Shown here: in pieces, positions 18,827 to 28,765 of the stretch
Layout: each line of letters begins with the position of its first letter
Numbering within the stretch: position 1 is the first letter of the stretch
From: a bacterium
Lineage (GTDB): Bacteria; Actinomycetota; Coriobacteriia; Coriobacteriales; CADBOM01
DNA length: 64,000 bases
Reading direction: 5' to 3'
Assembly: GCA_024698685.1 (NCBI GenBank)
Contig: JAILQZ010000079.1
Location: 355 to 64,354, forward strand
Position numbers and translations under genes: made by a program
The notes under the pieces: model-generated
Told to the model about the DNA's origin: nothing
Seen by the model: only the letters and a program-made list of their open reading frames with translations
The model's database searches: none

Positions 18827-19935
18827 CAGCGCATCAACTCCAAGATCCTCTCGCCCATCTCGGCGGTTCCGATGATGAGCGACTCGTCGGTATCCTCGCC
18901 CGCGATGTCGGGCGTTCTGTATCCAGCGCGAAGGGCCTCCTCCACCGCGTCCTCGATCGACTTGGCCGCATCGTGCAGGCCGAATGCGATCGAGAGCATC
19001 ATGGCGGTGGAGAGGATCATCGCGCATGGGTTTGCGATCCCCTTGCCGGCGATGTCCGGCGCGGAGCCGTGGCAGGGCTCGAAGACCGGGGTGCCATCCC
19101 CTATCGATGCGGAGGCGAGCATGCCGAGCGAGCCGGTGAGCATCGAAGCCTCGTCGGAGAGGATGTCTCCGAAGGAGTTCTCGGTGAGGATGACGTCGAA
19201 GGACCTCGGGTTGCGCACGAGCTGCATCGCCGCGTTGTCTACGAGCATGTCGTCGAGCTCGACATCGGGGTAGTCGCGCGCGACCTCGTGGACCACCTCG
19301 CGCCAAAGCTTGGATGAATCGAGCACGTTGGCCTTGTCCACCGAGGTAACCTTGCGTCTGCGGTTCATGGCTAGCTCGAACGCCCTGCGAGCGATCCTGT
19401 CGATCTCGCGCTCGCTGTACTCCATCGTGTCGAACGCGTAGCTGCCGCGCGCTCCGCCAACGCCGGCACCCTCGACATCGCGCTCGATCGCGCGCTTGCC
19501 GAAGTAGATGCCGCCAATGAGCTCGCGGACTATGATGAGATCGATTCCCCTGACAACCTCGAACTTGAGCGTAGAGGCGGAAGCGAGCGCATCGAATGTG
19601 CGCACCGGACGCAGGTTGGCGAAGGCTCCCATCGCCTTGCGCAGCCCCAGAAGCCCCTGCTCGGGCTTGGGCGAACCCACTGGGGTTGCATCCCACTTCG
19701 GCCCGCCGACGGCGGCGAGCAGGACTGCGTCGCTGGCTGCGCAGCAATCGCGCGTATCCTGCGGGAACGGGACGCCGTGCCTGTCGATCGCAATGCCGCC
19801 GAAATCCTTGTCAACGATATCGAAATTCACGCTGTAAAGCTCTGAAACGCGATCTAAGGCCCGTTTTGCCTCGGACATTATCTCGGTTCCGATTCCGTCG
19901 CCACTTAGGGCGCATATCGCAAATGAGCTCTTCAA
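18826..19935 (-). CDS. leuB: 3-isopropylmalate dehydrogenase
   Basis: LSGDGIGTEI, ...NLRP..., ELIGGIYFG and MLASASIGDG...FEPCHGSAPDIAGKGIANP signatures. Confidence 0.93.
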   Translation of the reverse strand: MKSSFAICALSGDGIGTEIMSEAKRALDRVSELYSVNFDIVDKDFGGIAIDRHGVPFPQDTRDCCAASDAVLLAAVGGPKWDATPVGSPKPEQGLLGLRKAMGAFANLRPVRTFDALASASTLKFEVVRGIDLIIVRELIGGIYFGKRAIERDVEGAGVGGARGSYAFDTMEYSEREIDRIARRAFELAMNRRRKVTSVDKANVLDSSKLWREVVHEVARDYPDVELDDMLVDNAAMQLVRNPRSFDVILTENSFGDILSDEASMLTGSLGMLASASIGDGTPVFEPCHGSAPDIAGKGIANPCAMILSTAMMLSIAFGLHDAAKSIEDAVEEALRAGYRTPDIAGEDTDESLIIGTAEMGERILELMR

Positions 19936-19977
19936 GCTCCTTCACCTCCAGTTGTCCGAAGCGCCGAGCAGAGGGGA

Positions 19978-20484
19978 TTACCGCTCGGAGCGCTGGCCGG
20001 AAAGCTTGGCCATGGTGGCCTCGACGAGCCCGCCGCTCTCGATGATCGAGGCGATGAACTCGGGGAACGCGATCGCTTGGAAGCTGTTTCCCGTGGTCTC
20101 GTTGACGATGGTTCCGCTTGCGGTGTCGATCGAGACGATGTCGCCGTCGGAGATGTCATCGACCGCCTCCGCACACTCGAGGATCGGCAGGCCGATGTTG
20201 ATCGAGTTGCGGTAGAAGATGCGCGCGAAGCTCTTCGCGACAACGGCGCTCACCCCGCACGACTTGATTGCGAGAGGAGCGTGCTCGCGCGAGGAGCCGC
20301 AGCCGAAGTTCTCGTCGGCGGCCATGATATCGCCGGCCTCGACACGCGAGGCGAAAGTCGGATCGATGTCCTCCATGCAGTGCGCTGCGAGGAACACGGG
20401 TTCGCTCGATGTGAGGAATCGAGCCGGTATGATCACGTCGGTATCGACATCCCTGCCGAATCTATGAACTCGTCCGCGTATCAT
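19978..20484 (-). CDS. leuD: 3-isopropylmalate/(R)-2-methylmalate dehydratase small subunit
   Basis: 168 aa short-type LeuD with DVDTDVIIPARFL and NFGCGSSREHAPLAIK. Confidence 0.9.
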   Translation of the reverse strand: MIRGRVHRFGRDVDTDVIIPARFLTSSEPVFLAAHCMEDIDPTFASRVEAGDIMAADENFGCGSSREHAPLAIKSCGVSAVVAKSFARIFYRNSINIGLPILECAEAVDDISDGDIVSIDTASGTIVNETTGNSFQAIAFPEFIASIIESGGLVEATMAKLSGQRSER

Positions 20485-20493
20485 CGAATCCTC

Positions 20494-21768
20494 CTATCCA
20501 AGCTCGCTCGGAAGGCCGATGCGCCCGAGGACCGCCGATGCCGCGGCGATTCTCGGAGAGGCCAGGTAGACCTTGGAGGAGGTGTCCCCCATCCTGCCGA
20601 CGAAGTTCCTGTTCGTCGTCGAGATCGCAACCTCGCCAGGCGCCAAGACGCCCATGTGACCGCCAAGGCACGGCCCGCATGTCGGCGTCGAGAAGGCGCA
20701 TCCAGCATCGATGAAGATTTTGGCCAATCCCTCTTCGAGGCACTTGGAAACCACGTCCTGCGTTGCCGGGATCACTATGCAGCGGATTCCAGGTGCCACC
20801 CTGCGCCCCGCAAGAACCTCGGCCGCCGCGCGCATGTCCTCGATGCGCCCGTTGGTGCACGAGCCGATTACGACCTGATCTAATCTCACGCCCGCATGCT
20901 GCGATACGGACTCGACGTTAGACGGCGAATGCGGCACCGCGAGCACCGGCTCGAGCTTGGAGCAGTCGATCTCGATGGTCTGCGCATACTCGGCGCCATC
21001 GTCGGGCTCGTAGAACCTCGCCTCGTTGATCGCTCGGCCATCGAGGTATTCGCGCGTCTTGGAATCGGGAACGAAGATAGCCGCCTTGGCGCCGCACTCG
21101 ATGCCCATGTTGCAGATCGTCATTCGCTGTTCCATCGAGATCGCGTCGAGTGCATCTCCGCAGAACTCGAGCGCCTTGTAGAGCGCACCGTCGACACCGA
21201 TCATCCCGATCAGCGAAAGGATGATGTCCTTGCCGCTCACGTCTGGAGCCGGCTGCCCGCTCAAGACCACCTTGATGCTCTCGGGCACCTTGAACCAAGC
21301 CCTGCCCGTTGCGAATGCGATCGCGATGTCGGTAGAGCCCATGCCGGTGGAGAACGCGTTGAGCGCGCCGTATGTGCAAGTGTGCGAATCGGCTCCGATG
21401 ACGAGGTCGCCTGCGGTGACGAGCCCCTGCTCGGGCAGGAGCGCGTGTTCGATGCCGGAGGTGCCGACGTCGTAGTTATACTCGATGCCGTATTTGAGCG
21501 CGAAATCGCGCATGACCTTCGCGTTGATCGCCGACTTGATGTCCTTGTTGGGGACGTAGTGGTCGGCGACGAGGACGATCTTCGACCGATCGAAGACCTC
21601 GCCTATGCCCAGCTTCTCGAACTGCGCGATCGAAATCGGCGCGGTTACGTCGTTCGCGAGCACAAGATCGAGATCGCACTCGATCAGCTGGCCCGGTATC
21701 ACGGCGTCATTGCCGCTATGGCGCGCGAGGATCTTCTCCGCAATGGTCATCTTCACCATGGCCATCAT
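20494..21768 (-). CDS. leuC: 3-isopropylmalate/(R)-2-methylmalate dehydratase large subunit
   Basis: Aconitase-family motifs (VADHYVPN, GADSHTCTYGALNAF, GSCTNGRIEDM, TCGPCLG). Start at the ATGATG overlapping the map stop; the 542-aa track ORF is an upstream extension through map. Confidence 0.9.
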   Translation of the reverse strand: MMAMVKMTIAEKILARHSGNDAVIPGQLIECDLDLVLANDVTAPISIAQFEKLGIGEVFDRSKIVLVADHYVPNKDIKSAINAKVMRDFALKYGIEYNYDVGTSGIEHALLPEQGLVTAGDLVIGADSHTCTYGALNAFSTGMGSTDIAIAFATGRAWFKVPESIKVVLSGQPAPDVSGKDIILSLIGMIGVDGALYKALEFCGDALDAISMEQRMTICNMGIECGAKAAIFVPDSKTREYLDGRAINEARFYEPDDGAEYAQTIEIDCSKLEPVLAVPHSPSNVESVSQHAGVRLDQVVIGSCTNGRIEDMRAAAEVLAGRRVAPGIRCIVIPATQDVVSKCLEEGLAKIFIDAGCAFSTPTCGPCLGGHMGVLAPGEVAISTTNRNFVGRMGDTSSKVYLASPRIAAASAVLGRIGLPSELG

Positions 21769-22517
21769 TCCTGGGTTAGGATCAGCGGCCCATCGGCCGT
21801 GATAGCGACTGTCTTCTCGTAGTGCGCCGACGGCAGCCCGTCGACGGTCTTGACGGTCCAGCCATCCTTCATCCTCTTGGTCTTGTGGGACTTCATGTTC
21901 ACCATCGGCTCGATGGCGATGACCATGCCCTCCACGAGCCTGAGCCCCTTGCCGGCCTTGCCGTAGTTCGGGACGTTGGGATCCTCGTGCATGTTTCGCC
22001 CCACGCCATGGCCGACATACTCCCTGACCACCTTGAAGCCAGCGGCCTCTGCGATAGACTGCACCGCATGTCCGATGTCTCCGAGGCGGCCTTCGGGCAC
22101 GGCCTTGGAGATTCCGGCCCACATCGACTCCTCGGTGACCTTGCAGAGCTTGGCCACATCGGGATCCACCTCTCCGCAGAGATAGGTGTATGCGTTATCT
22201 CCAACCCAGCCATCGATGATCGCGCCGGTGTCGATGGAGATGATGTCGCCCTCCTGAAGGATGATGTCCTTGCTCGGAATGCCATGGACGATCGTATCGT
22301 TGATGGATGCGCAGATGGAGCCGGGGAATCCGAAGTATCCCTTGAACGCTGGCCTACCGCCTTCCATCCTGATGATCGCCTCTGCCTGGTGATCGAGCTC
22401 GAGCGTCGAAATGCCTGGCTCGATGAGGTCGCCGAGCATCCTGAGGACCTTCGCGCTGACCCTGCCAGCCTCTTTCATCGCTTCGATTTCAGCAGGTGAT
22501 TTTATGATTACTGCCAT
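21765..22517 (-). CDS. map: type I methionine aminopeptidase
   Basis: VHGIP, DIISIDTGA, GHGVG and FTIEP-like (VIAIEPMV) motifs. ATG 22517 lies 9 nt after AAGGAG (22527-22532); the track start at 22526 is too close to the RBS. Confidence 0.92.
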   Translation of the reverse strand: MAVIIKSPAEIEAMKEAGRVSAKVLRMLGDLIEPGISTLELDHQAEAIIRMEGGRPAFKGYFGFPGSICASINDTIVHGIPSKDIILQEGDIISIDTGAIIDGWVGDNAYTYLCGEVDPDVAKLCKVTEESMWAGISKAVPEGRLGDIGHAVQSIAEAAGFKVVREYVGHGVGRNMHEDPNVPNYGKAGKGLRLVEGMVIAIEPMVNMKSHKTKRMKDGWTVKTVDGLPSAHYEKTVAITADGPLILTQE

Positions 22518-22543
22518 ATGGAACATCTCCTTGGTGCATCTGG

Positions 22544-22585
22544 AAAGAAAAACGGGTTCGAAAGCATTTTAGCTCTCGAACCCGT
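22544..22585 (-). terminator. strong Rho-independent terminator downstream of adk
   Basis: On the minus-strand RNA: ACGGGUUCGAGAGC-UAAAAU-GCUUUCGAACCCGU, a 14-bp stem with one G-U pair, followed by UUUUCUUUCC. Confidence 0.8.
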
Positions 22586-22608
22586 CAATAGGTAGCTGTC
22601 TGCTTGGA

Positions 22609-23235
22609 TTAAAGCCCGAGAGCCTGCTTCACGTCGTCATAGACGATCTTGGGATCCTTGTCGCCGTCGATGGTGATGAGAATGCCAGCCTCGGAATAGA
22701 AGTCGATGAGCGGCTTGGTGGACTTGTCATAGACTGCAAGGCGATTGCGGATGACGTCTTCCTGGTCGTCATCGCGCTGGAACATCTCGCCACCGCACTT
22801 CGGGCAGGACTCATCGGCAACGTTGCCGATGTAGCCGCAATCCCTGCAGCAACGGCGCGAGGAGAGCCTCTTGACGATTACCTCGTAGTCGACATCGATG
22901 GCAACGGCTGCATCGAGGGGACGGCCGAGCTTCTCGAGCTCGTCGGCCAGAGCGGCAGCCTGCGCGATCGTGCGTGGGAATCCATCGAGGATGAAGCCGT
23001 CGAGGGTGTCCTCCTGCGTGAGCCTGTCGGCGACGAGGCCGATGACCACGGAATCGGGAACGAGATCGCCGGCATCCATGTACTTCTTGGCCTCGAGACC
23101 AAGCTCGGTGCCCGCCTTGACAGCGGCGCGAAGGATGTCGCCGGTCGAGATGTGCGCGTATCCGAATTCCTCGATCAGAAGGTCGGACTGAGTGCCCTTA
23201 CCGGCACCCGGAGCTCCCAAAAGAACCAGATTCAT
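22609..23235 (-). CDS. adk: adenylate kinase (zinc-lid type)
   Basis: MNLVLLGAPGAGKGTQ P-loop. Lid with CRDCG...CPKCGG Cys4. Confidence 0.95.
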   Translation of the reverse strand: MNLVLLGAPGAGKGTQSDLLIEEFGYAHISTGDILRAAVKAGTELGLEAKKYMDAGDLVPDSVVIGLVADRLTQEDTLDGFILDGFPRTIAQAAALADELEKLGRPLDAAVAIDVDYEVIVKRLSSRRCCRDCGYIGNVADESCPKCGGEMFQRDDDQEDVIRNRLAVYDKSTKPLIDFYSEAGILITIDGDKDPKIVYDDVKQALGL

Positions 23236-23253
23236 CTCAAAATCCTTTCAATC

Positions 23254-24537
23254 CTACTTGAAGAAGCCTTCGTAGTTATGCATCTTCAGCTGCGCTTCGA
23301 CCTTGCTCATGGTGTCGAGTCCAACGCCTACCATGATCAGGATGGAGGTGCCGCCGAATGCGCTGATCAGCGTGTTGCCGGTGAAGTAGAAGAGAATCGT
23401 CGGCACGACGGCGATCAGGGCGAGGTAGATCGATCCAGGAAGCGTGATCCTGCGGGTGACGCCCTTGATGTATTGGACCGTCTGCTTGCCCGGACGGATG
23501 CCGGGGATGAATCCGCCGCTCTGCTTCAGCTGATCGGCGGTGTTCTGGGCGTTGAACACCATCGAGGAGTAGAAGTAGGTGAAGAAGATGATCAAGAGCA
23601 GCGTGACGATCCAGTTGACCCAGCCGTTCGAGACCGCATCGGCGACGACCCTCAGCCAGTGAACGTCGCCGAAGACCGCGGAGATCTGCGCCGGGAAGTA
23701 GACGACAGCGCTCGCGAAGATGATCGGGATGACGCCGGCGGGGTTGACCTTGAGCGGGATGTAGGTGGAGGAACCACCCATAACCCTGCGGCCAGTGACC
23801 CTCTTCGAGTAGTTGACGGGGATCCTGCGCTGGGCGCGCTCGACGAAGACGATCGCGGGGATGAGCAGGAGCACGACGATGATGATCACGGCGGTGATCG
23901 CGATGCCGTTTGCGGTGAGGTTGAGCGAGGCCAGGATCGCCTGCGGGAAGCCGGAGAGGATGTTCGCGAAGATGATCAGCGACATTCCGTTTCCGACGCC
24001 ACGCTGGGTGATGAGCTCGCCAAGCCACATGATGAGCACCGAACCGACGACCATCGTCACTACGATGATGATGTCGGTAACCCACTCGCCGGGAAGCCCG
24101 GCGGTGTTGAGGGTGATTCCGTAGGCATCGCTCTTGAACAGGAGCAAGTATCCCAACGCATTGACGACCGAGATTGCGACCGTGAGCCACCTGGTCCACT
24201 TCGTGATCTTCTTGCGGCCTATCTCGCCCTGCCTCATCCAGGCGGAGACGGAGGGGATGACGCCCTGCATCAGCTGCATGATGATCGATGCGGTGATGTA
24301 GGGCATGATTCCCAGGCTGAAGACCGAGAAGTACGAGAGCGCTCCACCTGCAAAGAGGTTGAGGAGCATCATCGAACCGGATGTGTCGTTCGCAAATTGG
24401 TCGGCGAGAGCATGGAAAGGCACTCCCGGGACCGGTATGAAGCAACCAATCCTGTAAAGGACGATGATGAAGAGCGTAAAGAGTATCTTCCTGCGGAGGT
24501 CAGGTACCCTGAACGCATTTACGAATGCACTTAGCAC
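23254..24537 (-). CDS. secY: preprotein translocase subunit SecY
   Basis: 427 aa, 10-TM pattern. N-terminus [23 protein letters not shown], at the end of the spc cluster. Confidence 0.95.
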   Translation of the reverse strand: MLSAFVNAFRVPDLRRKILFTLFIIVLYRIGCFIPVPGVPFHALADQFANDTSGSMMLLNLFAGGALSYFSVFSLGIMPYITASIIMQLMQGVIPSVSAWMRQGEIGRKKITKWTRWLTVAISVVNALGYLLLFKSDAYGITLNTAGLPGEWVTDIIIVVTMVVGSVLIMWLGELITQRGVGNGMSLIIFANILSGFPQAILASLNLTANGIAITAVIIIVVLLLIPAIVFVERAQRRIPVNYSKRVTGRRVMGGSSTYIPLKVNPAGVIPIIFASAVVYFPAQISAVFGDVHWLRVVADAVSNGWVNWIVTLLLIIFFTYFYSSMVFNAQNTADQLKQSGGFIPGIRPGKQTVQYIKGVTRRITLPGSIYLALIAVVPTILFYFTGNTLISAFGGTSILIMVGVGLDTMSKVEAQLKMHNYEGFFK

Positions 24538-24980
24538 GCCAGTTCAACCTTTCCTCCAGCTGCCTCGATCTTCTTGGCAGCCGATTCGGAGACCTTGTCG
24601 ACGTTGACGGTGAGGCTCTTGGTGAGCTCGCCATCCCCGAGCACCTTGACAAGGGTCCTCGTGTTCTTGATGATGCCCTTCTCCACCAGGGTCTCGGCGT
24701 TGACGACGTCGCCATCCTCGAACTTCTGCTCGAGGCGACCGACGTTGACCGGGGCATACTCGACCCTATTGATGTTCCTGAAGCCAGGAAGCTTCGGGAG
24801 CCTGCGCGCGAGAGGGGTCTGACCTCCCTCGAAGCCGGCGCGCTTGCCGCCGCCAGAGCGGGACTTCTGTCCATTCATTCCCCTACCGGCGGTCTTGCCA
24901 TGACCCGAGCCCGGTCCACGGCCCACGCGCTTGCGCGAATGGGTCGAACCCGGTGCGGGATAAAGATCGTTGAGCTGCAT
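24531..24980 (-). CDS. rplO: 50S ribosomal protein L15
   Basis: [34 protein letters not shown]. Confidence 0.96.
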   Translation of the reverse strand: MQLNDLYPAPGSTHSRKRVGRGPGSGHGKTAGRGMNGQKSRSGGGKRAGFEGGQTPLARRLPKLPGFRNINRVEYAPVNVGRLEQKFEDGDVVNAETLVEKGIIKNTRTLVKVLGDGELTKSLTVNVDKVSESAAKKIEAAGGKVELAC

Positions 24981-25172
24981 TTAAATCTCCTCTACCTTGA
25001 CGAGATGCTTAACCTTGAAGATCATTCCACGGACCTCAGGGGTGTCGTAGAAATCGTGGGATTTGCCAATCTTGCCAAGTCCCATAGCCTTGAGAACCTT
25101 GCGCTGCTTCTCAGGGAAGGCGATGGTCGAACGGACCTGCGTGACGCGAAGGGTCTTCTTTGCCTCTGCCAT
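24981..25172 (-). CDS. rpmD: 50S ribosomal protein L30
   Basis: MAEAKKTLRVTQVRSTIAFPEKQRKVLKAMGLGKIG. ATG 25172 is preceded by GGAGGAG; the track ORF starts 5 codons upstream. Confidence 0.93.
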   Translation of the reverse strand: MAEAKKTLRVTQVRSTIAFPEKQRKVLKAMGLGKIGKSHDFYDTPEVRGMIFKVKHLVKVEEI

Positions 25173-25174
25173 GG

Positions 25175-25690
25175 CTACTCCTCCCATCCGAAGATCTTGC
25201 CCACGGAGGTGTCGCGGCGAGCCGCGGTCTCAGCAGGGCTGGAAAGCTGCTTCAGGCCTTCTGCAGCAGCCTTGACGATATTGAGTGCGTTGTCGGTGCC
25301 GAGCGACTTGGATAGGACATCGGTGATGCCTGCGAGCTCGAGGATGGCGCGGCAGGCGCCACCAGCGATGACGCCGGTACCGGGACGAGCCGGCTTGAGC
25401 ATGACGCGACCGGCCTTGTACTTGCCCATGACCTCGTGCGGGATCGATCCGTCCTTGGTGATCGGCACGTAGAACATGTTCTTCTTGGCGTCCTCGACGC
25501 CCTTGCGGATGGCGTTGGGAACCTCGGAGGACTTGCCCATGCCGACGCCGACATGACCCTGCCTGTCACCAACTACCACCAATGCGGTCAGAGAGAACCT
25601 GCGTCCGCCCTTGACGACCTTCGAGACACGATTGATGTATACCACTCGTTCCTCGAGCTCAACCGCCTGTTGTGCTTGCTTGCGAGCCAT
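25175..25690 (-). CDS. rpsE: 30S ribosomal protein S5
   Basis: [29 protein letters not shown]. Confidence 0.96.
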   Translation of the reverse strand: MARKQAQQAVELEERVVYINRVSKVVKGGRRFSLTALVVVGDRQGHVGVGMGKSSEVPNAIRKGVEDAKKNMFYVPITKDGSIPHEVMGKYKAGRVMLKPARPGTGVIAGGACRAILELAGITDVLSKSLGTDNALNIVKAAAEGLKQLSSPAETAARRDTSVGKIFGWEE

Positions 25691-25702
25691 ATCTCTCCTT
25701 CC

Positions 25703-26071
25703 TTAGAACTTGAGGCCGGCGCTGCGAGCGCCATCGGCCAGAGCCTGTACCCTACCGTGGTAGATGCGGCCGCCGCGGTCGAAGACCACGGAGTCGATGC
25801 CGAGGTCGAGTGCCCTCTTGCCGACGAGCTCGCCTACCAGCTTCGCACCCTCGATGTTCGAACCGTTCTTGCCCGATGCCTTGAACTCGGAATCGAGCGA
25901 GCTGCACGAGCAGAGCGTGCGGCCAGCAACGTCATCGATAACCTGTGCATAGATGTGCGCGTTGGAGCGCGTAACGCGGAGCCTCGGGCGCTCGGGAGTG
26001 CCGCTGATCTTTCCGCGAATGCGGCGCTGGCGGCGCTTGAGGTTCTCTGTCTTGAGTTTCTTGCTGTTCAT
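25703..26071 (-). CDS. rplR: 50S ribosomal protein L18
   Basis: [20 protein letters not shown]...[19 protein letters not shown]. Confidence 0.96.
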   Translation of the reverse strand: MNSKKLKTENLKRRQRRIRGKISGTPERPRLRVTRSNAHIYAQVIDDVAGRTLCSCSSLDSEFKASGKNGSNIEGAKLVGELVGKRALDLGIDSVVFDRGGRIYHGRVQALADGARSAGLKF

Positions 26072-26119
26072 CGATCCTCCTGATCAGACTGTAAGTGTTT
26101 AGCGGGAAGCTACGCCACC

Positions 26120-26659
26120 TTAGGCGCCTGCGGCCTTGCCGAGCTTCCTGCGGATGTACTCGCCTTCATACCTGATGCCCTTGCCCTTGTAAGGCTCCGG
26201 CTTCCTCCACTTCCTGATATCTGCAGCGACTTGCCCAACCTTCTGCTTGTCGATGCCCTTTACCAGGATCTCAGTCTGAGAGGGGACTTCGAAGGTGATT
26301 CCCTCGATCTCGTCGATGACGACCGGGTGCGAGTAGCCGAGCTGCATCTCGAGGGCCTTGCCCTTGAGAGCCGCGCGGTATCCAACGCCCACGAGCTCGA
26401 GCTTCTTCTGGAAGCCCTGGGAGACTCCGATGACCATGTTGTTGATCAGCGTCCTGGTCAGACCGTGGAACGATGCGGCCTCCTTGGTGTCGTTGACCCT
26501 GGAGACGGTGAGGACGCCGTCCTCGATCGAGACGTTGATGAGATCGGAGATCTTCTGGGAGAGCTCTCCCTTGGCGCCCTTGACGAAGACCGTTCCGTCC
26601 TCGACCTTGATCTCTACACCTGCAGGTATCGTAATGGGCTGCTTACCAATGCGTGACAT
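26120..26659 (-). CDS. rplF: 50S ribosomal protein L6
   Basis: [20 protein letters not shown]... Confidence 0.96.
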   Translation of the reverse strand: MSRIGKQPITIPAGVEIKVEDGTVFVKGAKGELSQKISDLINVSIEDGVLTVSRVNDTKEAASFHGLTRTLINNMVIGVSQGFQKKLELVGVGYRAALKGKALEMQLGYSHPVVIDEIEGITFEVPSQTEILVKGIDKQKVGQVAADIRKWRKPEPYKGKGIRYEGEYIRRKLGKAAGA

Positions 26660-26680
26660 TGCATACTCCTTTCAATACCG

Positions 26681-27079
26681 TTACCAGATGTAGCAGATGA
26701 CCTCGCCGCCGATGCCCAGCTTGCGGGCGTCGCGGTCGGTCATAACGCCACTCGACGTGGATATGATTGCAGTGCCAAGTCCGCCGAGGACCTTCGGGAG
26801 GTCGTTCTTGCCGGCGTAGATGCGAAGTCCGGGCTTCGAGATGCGACGAATGCCCTGGATCGTCTTGGCCTTCTTGGGACCATACTTCAACGTGATCTCG
26901 AGAATGTCCTGCGGCTCATTCGGGATGATCTCGTAATCGGCGATGTATCCCTCTTCCTTCATGACCTTGGCGATGGCGACGAACTTCTTGCTCGACGGCA
27001 TCGAAACTTGGTCCTTCATTGCAGAGTTTGCGTTGCGAATCCTCGTAAGCATATCTGCGATCGGGTCTGTAACAGACAT
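26681..27079 (-). CDS. rpsH: 30S ribosomal protein S8
   Basis: [20 protein letters not shown]. The track ORF has 5 extra N-terminal codons. Confidence 0.95.
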   Translation of the reverse strand: MSVTDPIADMLTRIRNANSAMKDQVSMPSSKKFVAIAKVMKEEGYIADYEIIPNEPQDILEITLKYGPKKAKTIQGIRRISKPGLRIYAGKNDLPKVLGGLGTAIISTSSGVMTDRDARKLGIGGEVICYIW

Positions 27080-27163
27080 CTTGCCTCCTTGCAATTCATC
27101 ATGCCGCTGGTTCGTTGAGGGCCCTTTGCCAACAGCGCCTGTGCGGCCGATTAATCAGCTGGA

Positions 27164-27349
27164 TTACCAGCTCGACTTACGCACGCCGGGAAGCTCTCCA
27201 CGGCTTGCGAGCTCGCGCACGCACACCCTGCAGAGTCCGAACTTGCGATAGTAACCTCTTGGACGCCCGCAGCGCTGGCAACGGTTGTGCTGGCGGGTCG
27301 AGAACTTGGGCTCGCGCTTCGACTTAGCGATCATTGACTTCTTAGCCAC
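27164..27349 (-). CDS. rpsZ: 30S ribosomal protein S14, type Z (zinc-binding)
   Basis: 61 aa with CQRCGRPRG...CRVC Cys4. Confidence 0.95.
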   Translation of the reverse strand: MAKKSMIAKSKREPKFSTRQHNRCQRCGRPRGYYRKFGLCRVCVRELASRGELPGVRKSSW

Positions 27350-27367
27350 GATTAATCTCCTTATTCA

Positions 27368-27928
27368 TTAGTTGTTGGCGAACGGGAAACCAAAGGCATC
27401 GAGGAGAGCCCTGGCACCTTCGTCGTTGGGCGAAGTGGTTACGAACGTGATATCCATACCCCTGGTGCGGTCGACCTTGTCATAGTCGATCTCGGGGAAG
27501 ATCAGCTGCTCGGTGACTCCGAAGGAGTAGTTGCCCCTGCCATCGAAGCTGTTCGGAGAGAGGCCGCGGAAGTCCCTGATGCGCGGGATGGCGGTGGCGA
27601 TGAGCCTGTCGAAGAACTCCCACATGCGGTCGCCGCGGAGGGTGACCTTGCATCCGATCGGCATGCCTGCACGCACCTTGAACGATGCGATCGACTTGCG
27701 GGCCTTGGTGATGATCGGCTGCTGGCCGGTGATGATCCTGAGGTCGGCGATTGCCGCGTCGAGAAGCTTGGAGTCCTGGGTTGCTCCGCCGACTCCCATG
27801 TTCACGACGATCTTCTCGAGCTTGGGGATCTGCATGTCGTTGGTGATCCCAAGCTGCTCCTTGAGCTGCTGTGCAACTTCATTGATGTATTTCTCTTTAA
27901 GACGAGGTACCACTTTATTTCCTTTCAT
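27368..27928 (-). CDS. rplE: 50S ribosomal protein L5
   Basis: [11 protein letters not shown]...; conserved position. The start may instead be GTG 27913, preceded by GAAAGGA. Confidence 0.93.
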   Translation of the reverse strand: MKGNKVVPRLKEKYINEVAQQLKEQLGITNDMQIPKLEKIVVNMGVGGATQDSKLLDAAIADLRIITGQQPIITKARKSIASFKVRAGMPIGCKVTLRGDRMWEFFDRLIATAIPRIRDFRGLSPNSFDGRGNYSFGVTEQLIFPEIDYDKVDRTRGMDITFVTTSPNDEGARALLDAFGFPFANN

Positions 27929-28010
27929 CTGGAGGTTTTAAGCACAGGATTTCCGACCCTGTGCCCCCCTGCCCTGATGTGGCGCGGACAAGGGGCCCAT
28001 TTTACGTTTG

Positions 28011-28325
28011 CTAATCGATATCCTGCTTGCACTTCTTGCAGACGCGGATGGCCTTCTTGCCTTCACGGCGGACGCTGACGCGAACCGGACGCTTGCAGTT
28101 CGGGCACATGAGCATGACGTTCGAGACGTCGATCGGCATCTCGATCTCGACGATTCCGCCCTGCTGATTGCTCTGAGTGGGCCTCTGGTGCTTCTTGGCG
28201 ACAGCAACCTTCTCGACCACTACCTTATGCTGGCGAGGGAGCGCCCTCATGACCTCGGACTCGGTGCCCTTGTCCTTGCCGGAGATCACCTTGACGCGAT
28301 CGCCCTTGCGAATCTTCATCGCCAT
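28011..28325 (-). CDS. rplX: 50S ribosomal protein L24 (Cys4-containing C-terminal hairpin)
   Basis: MKIRKGDRVKVISGKDKG KOW motif. The C-terminus reads CPNCKRPVRVSVRREGKKAIRVCKKCKQDID. Confidence 0.95.
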   Translation of the reverse strand: MAMKIRKGDRVKVISGKDKGTESEVMRALPRQHKVVVEKVAVAKKHQRPTQSNQQGGIVEIEMPIDVSNVMLMCPNCKRPVRVSVRREGKKAIRVCKKCKQDID

Positions 28326-28336
28326 CTGAATTCCTC

Positions 28337-28705
28337 CTACAAAGTCTCAGGTGCGAGGGAGACGATCTTCATGTACCTCTTCTCGCGAAGCTCGCGAGCG
28401 ACCGGCCCGAAGATGCGCGTGCCCCTGGGAGCACCGCTCTGGTCGATGAGAACTGCAGCGTTCTCGTCGAACCTGATGTAGCTTCCGTCCTTGCGACGGA
28501 CTTCTTTGTCAACCCTAGCGATAACGCAGCGGACGACGTCGCCCTTCTTGACGTTTCCGTTAGGGGTGGCTTCCTTGACGCTGCAGACGATAACGTCGCC
28601 GAGGCCGGCGTAACGGCGCTTGGAGCCGCCGAGAACCTTGATGCACTGCACCTTCTTGGCTCCCGAGTTATCCGCAACGGAAAGAATCGTTTGCATCTGG
28701 ATCAT
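28337..28705 (-). CDS. rplN: 50S ribosomal protein L14
   Basis: [28 protein letters not shown]. Confidence 0.97.
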   Translation of the reverse strand: MIQMQTILSVADNSGAKKVQCIKVLGGSKRRYAGLGDVIVCSVKEATPNGNVKKGDVVRCVIARVDKEVRRKDGSYIRFDENAAVLIDQSGAPRGTRIFGPVARELREKRYMKIVSLAPETL

Positions 28706-28765
28706 TTGATTCCTCCAATACTTCCAAGCTTGGCGGGCTAAATGCCCTCCAACTTCGGTCTTGCC

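Noticed and set aside
17234-19747. 837-aa ORF suggesting a giant synthase fusion
   Set aside because: The first 307 or so codons are an Arg/Ala-rich out-of-frame read through leuB. The recognisable CimA sequence begins at MTRIETLDTTLRDGTQ, whose ATG (18826) overlaps the leuB stop as ATGA.
20494-22122. 542-aa version of LeuC with a basic 118-aa N-terminal extension
   Set aside because: The extension is an alternative-frame read through the 3' end of map. Homology starts at MAMVKMTIAEKILARH, and the ATG overlaps the map stop.
22552-22585. Promoter nested in the adk-map terminator (TTGACG ... TAAAAT)
   Set aside because: The two hexamers are only 11 nt apart, far from the functional 16-18 nt spacing. 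It is mentioned in the finding but not called as a feature.
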